From contig NZ_DASSAB010000049.1 of NCBI RefSeq assembly GCF_035685805.1, positions 1 through 64,000 on the forward strand: a stretch of 64,000 nt of DNA. Direction: 5' to 3'. The stretch is from Dyella sp. (GTDB lineage Bacteria; Pseudomonadota; Gammaproteobacteria; Xanthomonadales; Rhodanobacteraceae). Below are positions 30,369-40,369 of the stretch, one piece after another. Each line of letters starts with the position of its first letter. Position 1 is the stretch's first letter. A model generated the notes under the pieces. It worked only from the letters and a program-made list of their open reading frames with translations. It did not search any database and was not told the origin of the DNA. The position numbers and the translations under genes are program-made.

Positions 30369-30614
30369 CCCTGCTTGATCCGGACGGCCCGCCGGGCGAC
30401 GCCGTTCGCCTGTTTCCCCGGTATGCCGCGGGATTCGCGCTCACGCTGGCCCGGCATCCCGGCATCCCGGCATCCCGGCCGCCGTGGCGGAGCGGAGGGT
30501 TCGTCCTCACCGCGCAAGGAATGAGCAGGCGGTGGTGCACCCGTCTCAGCGCAAGCGTTCGGGCTATCTAGCTGTGGAACGGAAGGCCTCGACCGGGAGA
30601 GTGTGCTCCCACGA

Positions 30615-31622
30615 TTACTGGGTCGCAGGTGCGCCGGTACGTTCGCCGGGTCGGAAGGGTAGCGGCGAGCCGGCGCGGATGCCCGCGCGCCATTTGGACA
30701 GTTGCTGTTCGATCCCCGCGCCCACCGCGATCTGTGGCTCGGACGGGGTGAGATGGTCGCGGGACTCCCAGCGGGCCACTTCCGCACTGGCGTCGCGAAA
30801 CGCCTGGACGGGATCAGGTGTGCGGTTGAGTGCGTCGACGAGCCATGCGCGGCCGAAGTAGGTGGCGTCGGAGTCGCTGCCGCAGCCGAACGAGGAGCGG
30901 TCGCTGCGGGCTGCGGTCATCACCAGGGTGCCATCCCCCTGCAGGGGTGAGACGAATCCGCCGGAATAGCAGGCGTTCACCACCACGACCTTCCACTTGA
31001 ACGGGTGCTCTTCCAGGATGCCGGCGAGGTCGCGGGCGCCGATCTGGTCCAGCGGCAGGGGATCCATGTCCACCAGCAGGTTGTGCTCCGGGTCGCCGTG
31101 GCTGGTGAGGTAAAGCATGAGGATGTCGCGCCGCGGGTCCATCACGCGCGACAGCGCAGTCAGCAGATTTTCCAGATTGCTCCAGCTGGCCAAGGGCAAT
31201 GTGTCGAGCGTTGCAGGGTTGTTGGCGAGTACCACGCTGTGAGCGCGCCGGCCGTAGCGCTGCTCGAACAAACGGGCCGCGTATTCCGCCTCGTTGCGGA
31301 AGACGTCTTCGCTGCCATCCCCGGCGAACGTCACCAGATAGAGGTTGGGTACGCCTGCGACAGGCGGTGTCAGCTGATCGAGCGCGCGCCGCAACAGGCG
31401 GGGCTGGGCGTAAAGCACCTGCTCGGGCGAAGGAGCATCGACGGGCCATCGGTCCGGGGGCGTATCCACGGGCTCGGCGTCGGCGGCTGTCTTCACGGCA
31501 GTTGCCGCCGTGGCCGGTGGGTGTGGCACGAGGACAGCGGAGGGTGGCGACTGGTGTGCCACCGTTGCGGTCAACGCCGCGCCGGTGGCGAAAGCGAGCA
31601 GGGCAGTGAGCAGCAAGCGCAC
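30615..31622 (-). CDS. Secreted peptidase C13 (legumain-like, caspase-fold) family protein
   Basis: GTG start at 31622; signal peptide MRLLLTALLAFATGAALTA; catalytic dyad context LYLTSHGD and VVVVNACYSGGF as in C13 peptidases; 16 nt downstream of mtnC on the same strand. Confidence 0.7.
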   Translation of the reverse strand: MRLLLTALLAFATGAALTATVAHQSPPSAVLVPHPPATAATAVKTAADAEPVDTPPDRWPVDAPSPEQVLYAQPRLLRRALDQLTPPVAGVPNLYLVTFAGDGSEDVFRNEAEYAARLFEQRYGRRAHSVVLANNPATLDTLPLASWSNLENLLTALSRVMDPRRDILMLYLTSHGDPEHNLLVDMDPLPLDQIGARDLAGILEEHPFKWKVVVVNACYSGGFVSPLQGDGTLVMTAARSDRSSFGCGSDSDATYFGRAWLVDALNRTPDPVQAFRDASAEVARWESRDHLTPSEPQIAVGAGIEQQLSKWRAGIRAGSPLPFRPGERTGAPATQ

Positions 31623-31637
31623 GGAGTGCCGCCCTGG

Positions 31638-32327
31638 TCAGACGCTGATCGCGTCGAAATCGCGATAGGCCGGATGCGCCGCCGAGGGCGGCAGCTCCTG
31701 CAGCGGATCGCGCAGCAGCCAGGCAGTCTGGAATCCCGCCAGCCGAGCCGCGTCGAGTTCCTGGAGGATGTCGGACAGGAACAGGATGTGCGCCGGCTGC
31801 TCCCCAATCGCTTCGGCGATGGCCGTATACGAAGCGGCCTCGCGCTTGGGGCCGGTCTGGGTGTCGAAGTAGCCGGCGAACAGCGGACCGAGGTCGCCTG
31901 CCTCGCTGTGCCGGAAAAACAGCTTTTGTGCCGGCACCGAGCCCGACGAGTAAACGTAGAGCTTGAGGCCCTGGGCGCGCCAGGCGCGCAGGCGCGCCGG
32001 CACCTCGCCGTAGAGGTGGGCACGGTAGTCGCCGGCCTCGTAGCCTTCTTTCCAGATCATTCCCTGCAGCGCCTTCAGGGCGGTCGACTTGCGGTCCTCG
32101 TCGATCCAGCGCAGCAGCATCTCGATCACCTCCTGCCGATCTGCCTCGATCAACCCTGCCTCGCGGGCCGCCTCATGCAGCCAGTGCTGCACTTCGGGCG
32201 TATCCACGTGGGTCTCGATGAAGGCCGGCAGGCGCTTGCGCGCGTACGGGAACAGTACGTCGCGAACGAAGTCGATCGAGCTGGTGGTGCCCTCGATGTC
32301 AGTGACGATGGCGCGGATCTCGATCAT
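31638..32327 (-). CDS. mtnC: Enolase-phosphatase E1 (2,3-diketo-5-methylthio-1-phosphopentane phosphatase)
   Basis: HAD motif I IVTDIEGTTSSI at the N-terminus; 229 aa; methionine-salvage context. Confidence 0.85.
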   Translation of the reverse strand: MIEIRAIVTDIEGTTSSIDFVRDVLFPYARKRLPAFIETHVDTPEVQHWLHEAAREAGLIEADRQEVIEMLLRWIDEDRKSTALKALQGMIWKEGYEAGDYRAHLYGEVPARLRAWRAQGLKLYVYSSGSVPAQKLFFRHSEAGDLGPLFAGYFDTQTGPKREAASYTAIAEAIGEQPAHILFLSDILQELDAARLAGFQTAWLLRDPLQELPPSAAHPAYRDFDAISV

Positions 32328-32358
32328 CGGTGTGTCCTTGCATCTGCCGGTGGCGCCA

Positions 32359-32922
32359 TCAGGCGTCGCCGCTGCGGTGTGGCGTCATGCGGGGAAACCG
32401 GCCCGCTATCTCCGTGCCGGTGAAGTTGGCCACCCAGCCTTCCTTGTTGGTGAACAGGCGGATGGCGACGAAATAGGGCGATTCGCTCATGTCGAACCAG
32501 TGCGGCGTACCGTCGGGCACGCCGATCAGGTCGCCCTGTTCGCAGAGCACCTCGTAGACCTTGCCATCGATGTGCAGCGTGAACTGTCCCGCGCCGGCAA
32601 CGAAAAAGCGCACTTCGTCCTCGCTGTGGGTGTGCTCGTCCAGGAATTTTTTTCGCAGCGCGGCCCGGTCCGGATGGTCGGGGGCGAGGCTGATCACGTC
32701 CACCGCCTGGTAGCCCCCGCTGGCCATCAGCCGGTCTATGTCGGCCCGATAGGCTGCGATCACTTCATCCTGGCTGGCGCCGGGAGCGACCGGCTGGGCC
32801 GCCTGCCATTGCTCGAAGCGGATGCCCACCGCCGCCAGCGCGGCCGCGATGGCCACATGGTCGTGATGCTCGGCCAGCGCCCCGTCCGGGCGGGTGTCTT
32901 CGTAGATGCGCAGACGGCTCAT
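32359..32922 (-). CDS. mtnD: Acireductone dioxygenase (ARD)
   Basis: 187 aa cupin; EHxH...H metal motif ([12 protein letters not shown]) typical of ARD; overlaps the mtnB stop. Confidence 0.85.
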   Translation of the reverse strand: MSRLRIYEDTRPDGALAEHHDHVAIAAALAAVGIRFEQWQAAQPVAPGASQDEVIAAYRADIDRLMASGGYQAVDVISLAPDHPDRAALRKKFLDEHTHSEDEVRFFVAGAGQFTLHIDGKVYEVLCEQGDLIGVPDGTPHWFDMSESPYFVAIRLFTNKEGWVANFTGTEIAGRFPRMTPHRSGDA

Positions 32923-33566
32923 GCGGACAACCTCCTCAGATCCAGTTCGCAGGAAAGCAGAAACTCCAGCGCCTCCAGGTGACGACGCGTTTCTGCCATG
33001 GTGCGTCCCCAGGTGTAGATGCCGTGGCCGTCGATCAGATAGGCGTGCAGCGGCTTTCCTTCATCCAGCCACGCATCCACCCGGGCGACCAGCTCCGGCA
33101 TCTGCTGAGTGTTGGGGAATACCGGTATCTCCAGCACGCTTTCATGCGTGTCGAAACCGGTGATCGCCTTCTGCAGCTCCCAGCCGCGCAGGCGGATGAC
33201 CCCGTCTGCGGCAAATAGACGCGAAGCCACGCTCTGGGTGCGCGAATGGGTGTGTAGTACCGCCTGCATCGCCGGCCAGCGCCGATACACCTGCGTGTGC
33301 AACGCCGTTTCGGCACTGGGCCGCGCCTCGCTGCCAACGGCATGTCCATCGAGGTCGATCAGCATGATGTCGCCGCGATCCAGCTTGCCTTTGTCACGCC
33401 CGGAAACGGTGATGGCGGCGTGCGAATCGTCCACCCGCATCGAGAAATTGCTGCTGGTGGCGGGGGTCCATCCGAGCGCGGCGAGTTCTCGCGCGGACTG
33501 TGCAATCGCGTCGGCGCAGGCGAAGAACGCGTCGGATGAAATGTTCTGTGGCAGCGCTGGTGACAT
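32919..33566 (-). CDS. mtnB: Methylthioribulose-1-phosphate dehydratase (class II aldolase fold)
   Basis: 215 aa from the internal ATG at 33566 (the track ORF extends to 33668); SSNFS and HTHS motifs of class II aldolase/MtnB. Confidence 0.8.
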   Translation of the reverse strand: MSPALPQNISSDAFFACADAIAQSARELAALGWTPATSSNFSMRVDDSHAAITVSGRDKGKLDRGDIMLIDLDGHAVGSEARPSAETALHTQVYRRWPAMQAVLHTHSRTQSVASRLFAADGVIRLRGWELQKAITGFDTHESVLEIPVFPNTQQMPELVARVDAWLDEGKPLHAYLIDGHGIYTWGRTMAETRRHLEALEFLLSCELDLRRLSA

Positions 33567-33732
33567 GGCTATTTGGACGTCCAAACGGGTCGAAAGGATA
33601 ACATGAGCAGTCGGCGCGCCATCGGTTAATGCGAGCCATTCTCGCAAGTCAGGAAACATTGCGGTCAAAGGGTTAGCATCACGTAGTCAATCGCCGCGTC
33701 GGCGGCAGTTTATCCATGACGGAGGTTTGCCA

Positions 33733-34065
33733 ATGTCCCACGAAGAAAGCACTGAGTCGCGTCGTCGATTCCTCAAGATCGCTGCCGGTACGGCCGCGGC
33801 GGCGGTAGTGGTTGGTACGCTGCCGCGCTTGGCACGCGCTGCCGATCTGCCGCATGTTTCGGAGTCGGATCCGACTGCGAAGGCGCTCGGTTACGTGGAG
33901 AACGCCAGCGAGACCAAGGATCCGAAGCACAAGGCCGGCGACAATTGCGCCAATTGCCAGTTCTACAGCGGGGGTCCCACCGGCTTCGGCCCCTGCCAGT
34001 TGTTCCCGGGCAAGGCAGTGAGCGCGAAGGGCTGGTGCGTATCGCACGCGGTGAAGGCGGGCTGA
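33733..34065 (+). CDS. High-potential iron-sulfur protein (HiPIP) with Tat signal peptide
   Basis: GGAGG RBS 8 nt upstream; RRRFLK twin-arginine motif; four Cys in HiPIP spacing (CANCQFY...C...C). Confidence 0.8.
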   Translation: MSHEESTESRRRFLKIAAGTAAAAVVVGTLPRLARAADLPHVSESDPTAKALGYVENASETKDPKHKAGDNCANCQFYSGGPTGFGPCQLFPGKAVSAKGWCVSHAVKAG

Positions 34066-34468
34066 TAGTTTTTCCGTCTGCTGCAGGATGAAAAGAAAGG
34101 CCGGCTGCGAAGCCGGCCTTTTTCGTTTGTGCGTACGCGGCGCCATGTGCGGCGATGCCTAAAAGTGCTGCCCGGCGCGTCGGGATGAGGAGCTGACCCT
34201 GTCCGACGCGCCGGGCGGCGATCCGGGGCCCACTGCCAAGTGATATACCCGCGGACCACGGATCATACTCTCGCCCCCGCCGACTTTGGCGGACCTGCGG
34301 CCAATTTTCCGCAGAAATATATCGTTAAATCGTTTTAATACAGCGACTTGCGACAAAAATTCCGGCCGGGACTTCCCTTGCCGACGGCGCGTGACCAGCA
34401 CCACGGAATATCTGCCGATGGTCGACGATTCGGGAGATTTCTCTCCTTTTTGCTGCCGTTCGGCGCAT

Positions 34469-35926
34469 TTAGACGCCGTTCGTTGCCTCCGAGGTTTGCT
34501 TCAGCACGCTGTGCTTGCGGCCGTAGAGGAAGTAAATCGCGAACCCGAGCAGCGTCCAGACGCCGAGCACGGCCCAGTTGAACCAGTCGAGGCTGAAGAG
34601 CAGCGCGAAGCAGCTGCCGACGCCGGCGATGCAGGTGAACCATACCCACGGCACGCGGAACGTCCGGGGCAACTCGGGCAGGGTGTGCCTCAGGATCAGC
34701 ACGCCGGCGCAGACGGCGGAGAAGGCGATCAGCGTGCCCATCGAGGTGAGATTGGCCAGCAGATCTAGGGGAAACACCGCTGCCAGAAGCGCGATCAGGG
34801 CGCCGGTAATCAGCGTGTTGATGTGCGGCGTGCGATAGCGCGGGTGCACCTTGGCGAACACGCTCGGCAACATGCCGTCGCGGGCCATGATCATGAAGAT
34901 CCGGGGCTGCGCAATGATCATCACCAGCACGACCGACGACAGCCCGATCATGGCGCCGATCTCGACGATCAATCGCAGCCAGTCCAGCTGAGGGTGCGCT
35001 GCAACGGCGGTGACCACCGGCTCGGACGTATCCAGCACGGTATACGGGACCAAGCCCGTTAGCACCGCCGCCATGGCGAGGTAGAGCACGGTGCAGATCA
35101 CCAGCGAGACGATGATGCCGAAGGGCAGGTCGCGCTGCGGGTTCTTGCACTCCTGCGCCGCGGTGGAGGTGGCCTCGAAGCCGATGTATGCGAAAAACAC
35201 CATGGCCGCACCACGCATGATTCCCGACCAGCCATAGCGCCCGTCGCCCTGGGGCTCGGGAATGAACGGATGCCAGTTGGCCGGGTTCACATAGCGGTAG
35301 CCGGCCACGACCACCACCACGATCAGCCCGACCTTGATCAGCACCATCAGCGCGTTCAGTCCCGAGGACTCGCGGATGCCCACGTAGCAGAGCCACGTCA
35401 GTGCAAGCACGATCGCCACGGCGGGCATGTTGAACAGGTGCCCGGTCGCGACCAGCCGCCCGTCGGTGAAAGCCAGCGGCGCTTCGGTGAGTGCCACTGG
35501 CAGGTGAACCCCGACATGGTCCAGCAGGCTGGTGAAATAGCCGGTCCAGCTGGCCGCTACCGCCGCGGCGGAGATGCCGTACTCGGCGACCATGTTCCAG
35601 CCGATGAACCAGGCCGCCAACTCGCCGAGCGATGCATAGGCATAGGAATAGGAGCTGCCGGAAATCGGGATCAGCGTGGCGAACTCGGCATAGCACAGGG
35701 CGCTGAAGCCGCTGCAGATCGCCGCGAGGATGAAGGAGATCAGCACCGCGGGGCCTGCGTGCTCCGCGGCCGCGGTCCCGGTAACCACGAAGATGCCGGT
35801 GCCAATGACCGCACCGATGCCCAGCGCCGTGATGCCCCACGGGCCCAGTGTGCGGCGCAGGCCTGGCCCATGCTGGTTTTCGTCGTGGCTGAAGTCGGTC
35901 TTGCGGGCGAGTAGTTGCTTGAGCAT
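34469..35926 (-). CDS. Amino acid permease (APC superfamily)
   Basis: ~485 aa from ATG 35926; 12 TM; GAVIGTGIFV consensus signature of amino-acid permeases. Confidence 0.85.
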   Translation of the reverse strand: MLKQLLARKTDFSHDENQHGPGLRRTLGPWGITALGIGAVIGTGIFVVTGTAAAEHAGPAVLISFILAAICSGFSALCYAEFATLIPISGSSYSYAYASLGELAAWFIGWNMVAEYGISAAAVAASWTGYFTSLLDHVGVHLPVALTEAPLAFTDGRLVATGHLFNMPAVAIVLALTWLCYVGIRESSGLNALMVLIKVGLIVVVVVAGYRYVNPANWHPFIPEPQGDGRYGWSGIMRGAAMVFFAYIGFEATSTAAQECKNPQRDLPFGIIVSLVICTVLYLAMAAVLTGLVPYTVLDTSEPVVTAVAAHPQLDWLRLIVEIGAMIGLSSVVLVMIIAQPRIFMIMARDGMLPSVFAKVHPRYRTPHINTLITGALIALLAAVFPLDLLANLTSMGTLIAFSAVCAGVLILRHTLPELPRTFRVPWVWFTCIAGVGSCFALLFSLDWFNWAVLGVWTLLGFAIYFLYGRKHSVLKQTSEATNGV

Positions 35927-36002
35927 GGTGGTCCCGGAAAAGGCGACGGCACGGCTTTCACCGTGCCGTCGTGGCGTCAATCGCAAAAGCGCGTTGGTTG
36001 TC

Positions 36003-37514
36003 TCAGTCTGCTTCGGTGCCGTTGGCGAGATGGCTGTGCCTGCGGCCGTAGAGGTAGTAGACGACGATGCCGATAGCCGCCCAGCCGAAGAACAGCTCGA
36101 GCGTGGTGGAGCCGAGATTCAGGAACAGCATCAGGCAGCCAGCGACGGCCAGCGGGCAGATGACCCACACCATCGGCGTGCGGAACGGACGTGGCCGCTG
36201 CGGTTCACGCACGCGCAGCACCATCACGCCGATCGAGACCATGACGAAGGCGAACAACGTGCCCGAGTTGGTGATGGCTGCCAGCTTGCCGACCGGGAAC
36301 AGGGCGGCGAAGAGCGAGACCGCCACGCCGGTGATCATCGTCAGCACGTGGGGCGTGTTGAAGCGCGGATGCAGCTTGGACAGCCCGCCCGGGAGCAGGC
36401 CGTCGCGCGACATGGTGAAGAAGATCCGGGTCTGGCCGAAGATCATCACCAGGATCACGGAGGGCAGCGCGAGCACAGCAGCCAGGCCGACCAGATTGCC
36501 GATGTTGGGGAACCCGAGCAGGCGCAGAACGTGTGCCAGCGGCTCCTTGCTGCAGACCAGCGCCTGCGAACCCTCGCAAGCGGCAGCCATGGCCAGCGTG
36601 CCGGGCTGAAGGGCGGCGCCGTCTGCGCCCATCATCGGCTGCGAGCCCACCGAGCCCACCGCGCCGTAACCCACCAACAGGTAGAACACCGTGCAGATCG
36701 CCAGCGAGCCGATCAGGCCGATGGGAATGTTGCGGTTCGGATTCTTGGTCTCTTCGGCAGCGGTCGACACGGCATCGAAACCGACGTAGGCAAAGAAGAT
36801 CGATGCTGCCGCGCCGAGCACGCCGATACCGCCCAGCGGCGTGCCCCAGCCATTGGGTGCGAACGGGTGGAAGTTCGGGCTCTTGGCGGCGGGTACCGCG
36901 ATCAGGATGAACGCGGTGAGCGCGACGATCTTGATCGCCACGAGTATGGCGTTGACCTTCGCCGATTTGGACGTGCCCACCAGCAGCAGCAGGGCGATGA
37001 CCAGCGATATCCCGAAGGCCAGCAGGTTGAAGGTGCCGCCCTCGTAAGGGCCCACCCGCAGCGCCTCCGGCAGCGCCATGGCGCCGGGCTGTACCAGTCC
37101 GAACAGGTCGCTGTGGGCCAGCAGGCCGTTCATGTATCCGGACCAGCCCACGGCCACGGTGCCGGCGGCGATCGCGTACTCCAGCACCAGCGCCCAGCCG
37201 ACGATCCAGGCGATCGGCTCGCCCATGACGCCGTACGTGTAGGTATACGCGGAACCTGCGACGGGAATCATCGACGCGAGCTCGGCGTAGGCAAGAGCCG
37301 CCAGTGCACACACAACCGCGGCAATCACGAAGGCAACCATCATGCCGGGGCCGGCTTTCTGGCCTGCTTCGGCGGTCAACACGAAGATGCCGGTGCCGAT
37401 GATGGCTCCGACGCCCATCAAGGTCAGCTGGATCGGGCCGAGCTGGCGGGTGAGGCTCTTCTTCTCGGCCGTTGCAAGAATCTGGTCTAGCGGCTTAACG
37501 CGCTGAAAAAGCAT
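36003..37514 (-). CDS. Amino acid permease (APC superfamily), paralog of the adjacent gene
   Basis: ~503 aa from ATG 37514; GAIIGTGIFVL signature; same orientation and domain order as its neighbour. Confidence 0.85.
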   Translation of the reverse strand: MLFQRVKPLDQILATAEKKSLTRQLGPIQLTLMGVGAIIGTGIFVLTAEAGQKAGPGMMVAFVIAAVVCALAALAYAELASMIPVAGSAYTYTYGVMGEPIAWIVGWALVLEYAIAAGTVAVGWSGYMNGLLAHSDLFGLVQPGAMALPEALRVGPYEGGTFNLLAFGISLVIALLLLVGTSKSAKVNAILVAIKIVALTAFILIAVPAAKSPNFHPFAPNGWGTPLGGIGVLGAAASIFFAYVGFDAVSTAAEETKNPNRNIPIGLIGSLAICTVFYLLVGYGAVGSVGSQPMMGADGAALQPGTLAMAAACEGSQALVCSKEPLAHVLRLLGFPNIGNLVGLAAVLALPSVILVMIFGQTRIFFTMSRDGLLPGGLSKLHPRFNTPHVLTMITGVAVSLFAALFPVGKLAAITNSGTLFAFVMVSIGVMVLRVREPQRPRPFRTPMVWVICPLAVAGCLMLFLNLGSTTLELFFGWAAIGIVVYYLYGRRHSHLANGTEAD

Positions 37515-37711
37515 GTAGTGATTCCCCGTGGAAACAGACGCCATCCCCATGGCGGCACTGCGTGGTTGTAGCCACGGCAGGCGGAGGTGACGGGCAACCT
37601 TAGCCGACGGCGCAGGGGGGTACAAGCGCCAACGGATAGATGGACGCAGCTTAAAATCGGCGGCTTTCGCCGCGTCCCTGGAGCGACATTCTGGATACCT
37701 CGATAGAGCAC

Positions 37712-38242
37712 TTGCGCGCTGCACTGCAGCGATTCCCGGCCGGCGACGATGTGGCCAACTCGGCGGCTACGTTCCTGGCCTTTCTCGAATCATCTTCCGA
37801 GGTGTTTCATCGTCACCACGGCCCGGGTCACTTCACCGGATCGGCGTGGCTGGTGAGTGCTGACGGCGAGCGTGTGCTGCTTACGCACCACCGCAAGCTG
37901 GACCGTTGGCTGCAGCTGGGCGGGCACGCCGATGGCGACAGCAACCTTTCCGCGGTGGCGCTCCGGGAGGCGCAGGAGGAGTCCGGCCTGGCGGATCTGC
38001 AGGTCGATCCGCGCATCTTCGATATCGATCGGCACTGGATCCCGGCCCGAGCCCATGAGCCGGGGCACTGGCATTTCGACGTGCGCTATGTGGTGCGGGC
38101 TACGGGCAGCGAGCGCTTCGCCGTCGGCGACGAATCTCTGGCGCTGGCGTGGGTGCCGATCGCCCCGCTGGTGGGCGATCCGGCGATTGAGCCATCGCTG
38201 CGGCGGATGGCTCGGCGCTGGCTTGCGCAGGAGCGGCGATGA
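37712..38242 (+). CDS. NUDIX hydrolase
   Basis: Nudix box GGHADGDSNLSAVALREAQEESGL (GX5EX7REUXEEXGU); 176 aa; TTG start called by the track. Confidence 0.8.
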   Translation: MRAALQRFPAGDDVANSAATFLAFLESSSEVFHRHHGPGHFTGSAWLVSADGERVLLTHHRKLDRWLQLGGHADGDSNLSAVALREAQEESGLADLQVDPRIFDIDRHWIPARAHEPGHWHFDVRYVVRATGSERFAVGDESLALAWVPIAPLVGDPAIEPSLRRMARRWLAQERR

Positions 38243-38256
38243 TCGGTTTGGCCAAG

Positions 38257-38766
38257 TCAGCTTGCGGGGTGGACATGGCCGCACTGTGCGCAGGTACGCC
38301 GGTCGAGCGAGTCACGGAAGCGTTTGAACACGGGCGGGAAATCCGTTTCGATGTCGCTGAGGACAAAGTACTCCTCGTACAGTTTGTGGTTGCACCTTGG
38401 ACAGAACCACATCAGCCCGTCGCGCTCGCCGGGTTGCCGACGTCGCTCGATCACCAGCCCGACGGACCCCGCTGGTCGCTGCGGTGAGTGCGCCACGCGT
38501 GGTGGCAGGTAGAACAGCTCGCCGGCGCGGATCGGTATCTCGCGCATCGCGCCGTTCTCCTGCACCTTGAGCACCATGGTGCCTTCCACCTGATAGAAGA
38601 ACTCGGCGCCTTCATCGTGGTGATAGTCGCTGCGGGCGTTGGGTCCGCCGACCACCATCACGATGAAGTCGTCGTCGACGATGCACTTGTTACCCACTGG
38701 CGGTTCGAGCAAGTGGCGATGCTCGTCTATCCAGCCTTGCAGGTTGAGCGGGCGGAGCAGGGACAT
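38257..38766 (-). CDS. nbaC: 3-hydroxyanthranilate 3,4-dioxygenase (HAAO/NbaC, cupin)
   Basis: Conserved [28 protein letters not shown]-terminal CPRC...CAQC rubredoxin-like site; start at MSLLRP (38766). Confidence 0.85.
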   Translation of the reverse strand: MSLLRPLNLQGWIDEHRHLLEPPVGNKCIVDDDFIVMVVGGPNARSDYHHDEGAEFFYQVEGTMVLKVQENGAMREIPIRAGELFYLPPRVAHSPQRPAGSVGLVIERRRQPGERDGLMWFCPRCNHKLYEEYFVLSDIETDFPPVFKRFRDSLDRRTCAQCGHVHPAS

Positions 38767-38875
38767 GCGATGCCTTGGCGTGGTGCGGCGCGCCAACATA
38801 GCGCTCCGGGCCCGGCAAGAAAATGCCCCGGCAGGGCCGGGGCAAAGGGGAGGTGACGCGGTTACGAGAGCCGGA

Positions 38876-39472
38876 TTACGGCATCAGCACGGTGTCGATC
38901 ACGTGGATCACGCCATTGGACTGGTTCACGTCGGCAATGGTGACGTGCCCGGTGTTGCCTTTGTCGTCGGTGATGGCGACGCCCTTGGCATCCTTCGAGA
39001 AGGTCAGGGAATCACCTTCGACAGTCTTGACCGTGGCCTTGCCGCCGCCCTTCTTGATCAATGCGAGCACGTCGGCCGCGCTCACCTTGCCGGCAACCAC
39101 GTGGTAGGTCAGCACCTTGGTCAGCGTGGCCTTATTCTCGGGCTTCAGCAGCGTGTCGACGGTACCGGCGGGGAGCGCCGCGAAGGCTTCGTTGGTGGGG
39201 GCAAACACGGTAAACGGCCCGGGGCCCGAGAGCGTGTCGACCAGGCCGGCGGCCTTCACGGCGGCGACCAGCGTGGTGTGGTCCTTCGAATTGACCGCGT
39301 TCTCGATAATGTTCTTCGAGGGATACATCGGCGCGCCGCCGACCTCGACAGTCTTTTCCATGCTCATGCCAGACATGTTGCCGGGCGCGGCCATGGCGGG
39401 CGCGGCGCACACGCCGGCGAGGGCAAGAACGAGCGCAGTGGAGAGAGCACGGCTGCGGTTGACGAGCTTCAT
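38876..39472 (-). CDS. Secreted fasciclin (FAS1) domain protein
   Basis: Signal peptide plus FAS1 motifs ([28 protein letters not shown]); ~198 aa. Confidence 0.85.
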   Translation of the reverse strand: MKLVNRSRALSTALVLALAGVCAAPAMAAPGNMSGMSMEKTVEVGGAPMYPSKNIIENAVNSKDHTTLVAAVKAAGLVDTLSGPGPFTVFAPTNEAFAALPAGTVDTLLKPENKATLTKVLTYHVVAGKVSAADVLALIKKGGGKATVKTVEGDSLTFSKDAKGVAITDDKGNTGHVTIADVNQSNGVIHVIDTVLMP

Positions 39473-39616
39473 GGGCGTATCTCCTGTGGGGAACAATGGG
39501 CTTCAACAGAGGAAGCTCAGGAGATACGCCTGCAGCGACGGCGAGGATGCAGCGAGTCAACCACTGCGACAGAACGCCTCATCACGATCGGCCGCCCCGA
39601 TGGGGCGGCCACAGGC

Positions 39617-40369
39617 TCACGCGCCGCTGATGGCGCCCTTGGCGATGATCGGGCCGGTCGCCTGCCCGGTCGGCGAGCCGCCCAGCGGCTCGTTCGACAC
39701 CGCAAGCAATGCCTTGGCGCTGAGGCGCGCCAGCAGGTCCGCGCGAAGATGCACGGTGGTCGGCTTGTTCGGCGCGATCACGCCGAGCGAAATCGGCTTT
39801 TCGCCCGGAGGCACCAGCCAGAGCTCGGCCGAGCGATCGGACGCAAGAGCTGCAGGCGTGGCTGGCACGATCACCATGCTGGACTGCTTGAGGTCCATGG
39901 TGGCGGTCCAGCCGGCGACGCCATTGTCCTGGGCGATGCTCGCGACCATGTACTCGGGACCCGCCGGCGCGGACGCCGGTGCCTGCGGTGCTGCAGGCGC
40001 GACGAACCACAGCGCGAAGCTTGCCGCGGCGGCGAGGGTGGCGCCGGCGCCGATCCAGCGCCACAGCTGCAGGCTGTTCCACCAACCGGCCCGGTCGGCC
40101 GCGGGGGCCGACCGGGCGCGTGTGGACGCAGCGGCATCGAGCCCGAGCGACTCGCGGATCCGCACCCAGACATATTGCGCCGGCTGCACCGGTTCGATGT
40201 CCTCGCTGAGCGGCATCAGATGACGCTGCCACAGCGATACGGCGGCAGCCGCGGACGGGTCCGCGCGCACTTCTTCTTCCACTGCCGTGCGCGCGTCGGC
40301 GTCCAACACGCCAAGCACGTACTCGGCGTATCGAAGCTCTTCCTGGCTGGGTGGCATCGGGTTGTTCAT
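39617..40369 (-). CDS. Anti-sigma factor (RskA/ChrR-like, single TM)
   Basis: Start ATG overlaps the upstream ECF sigma stop (ATGA on the minus strand); N-terminal anti-sigma helix region, central TM WRWIGAGATLAAAASFALWF, periplasmic C-domain. Confidence 0.7.
   Translation of the reverse strand: MNNPMPPSQEELRYAEYVLGVLDADARTAVEEEVRADPSAAAAVSLWQRHLMPLSEDIEPVQPAQYVWVRIRESLGLDAAASTRARSAPAADRAGWWNSLQLWRWIGAGATLAAAASFALWFVAPAAPQAPASAPAGPEYMVASIAQDNGVAGWTATMDLKQSSMVIVPATPAALASDRSAELWLVPPGEKPISLGVIAPNKPTTVHLRADLLARLSAKALLAVSNEPLGGSPTGQATGPIIAKGAISGA

Noticed and set aside
20291-31622. Possibility that the novel operon is a horizontally acquired genomic island or prophage remnant
   Set aside because: No integrase, transposase, flanking direct repeats or adjacent tRNA; GC content and codon usage look like the surrounding core genes. 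I treat it as a resident chromosomal operon.
31005-32423. 472-aa plus-strand ORF opposite peptidase C13/mtnC/mtnD
   Set aside because: Antisense to the mtn genes; no domain.
35730-37490. 586-aa plus-strand ORF opposite the two APC permease genes
   Set aside because: Antisense to genes with unmistakable permease signatures; translation is Arg/Gly/His/Asp-rich low complexity.
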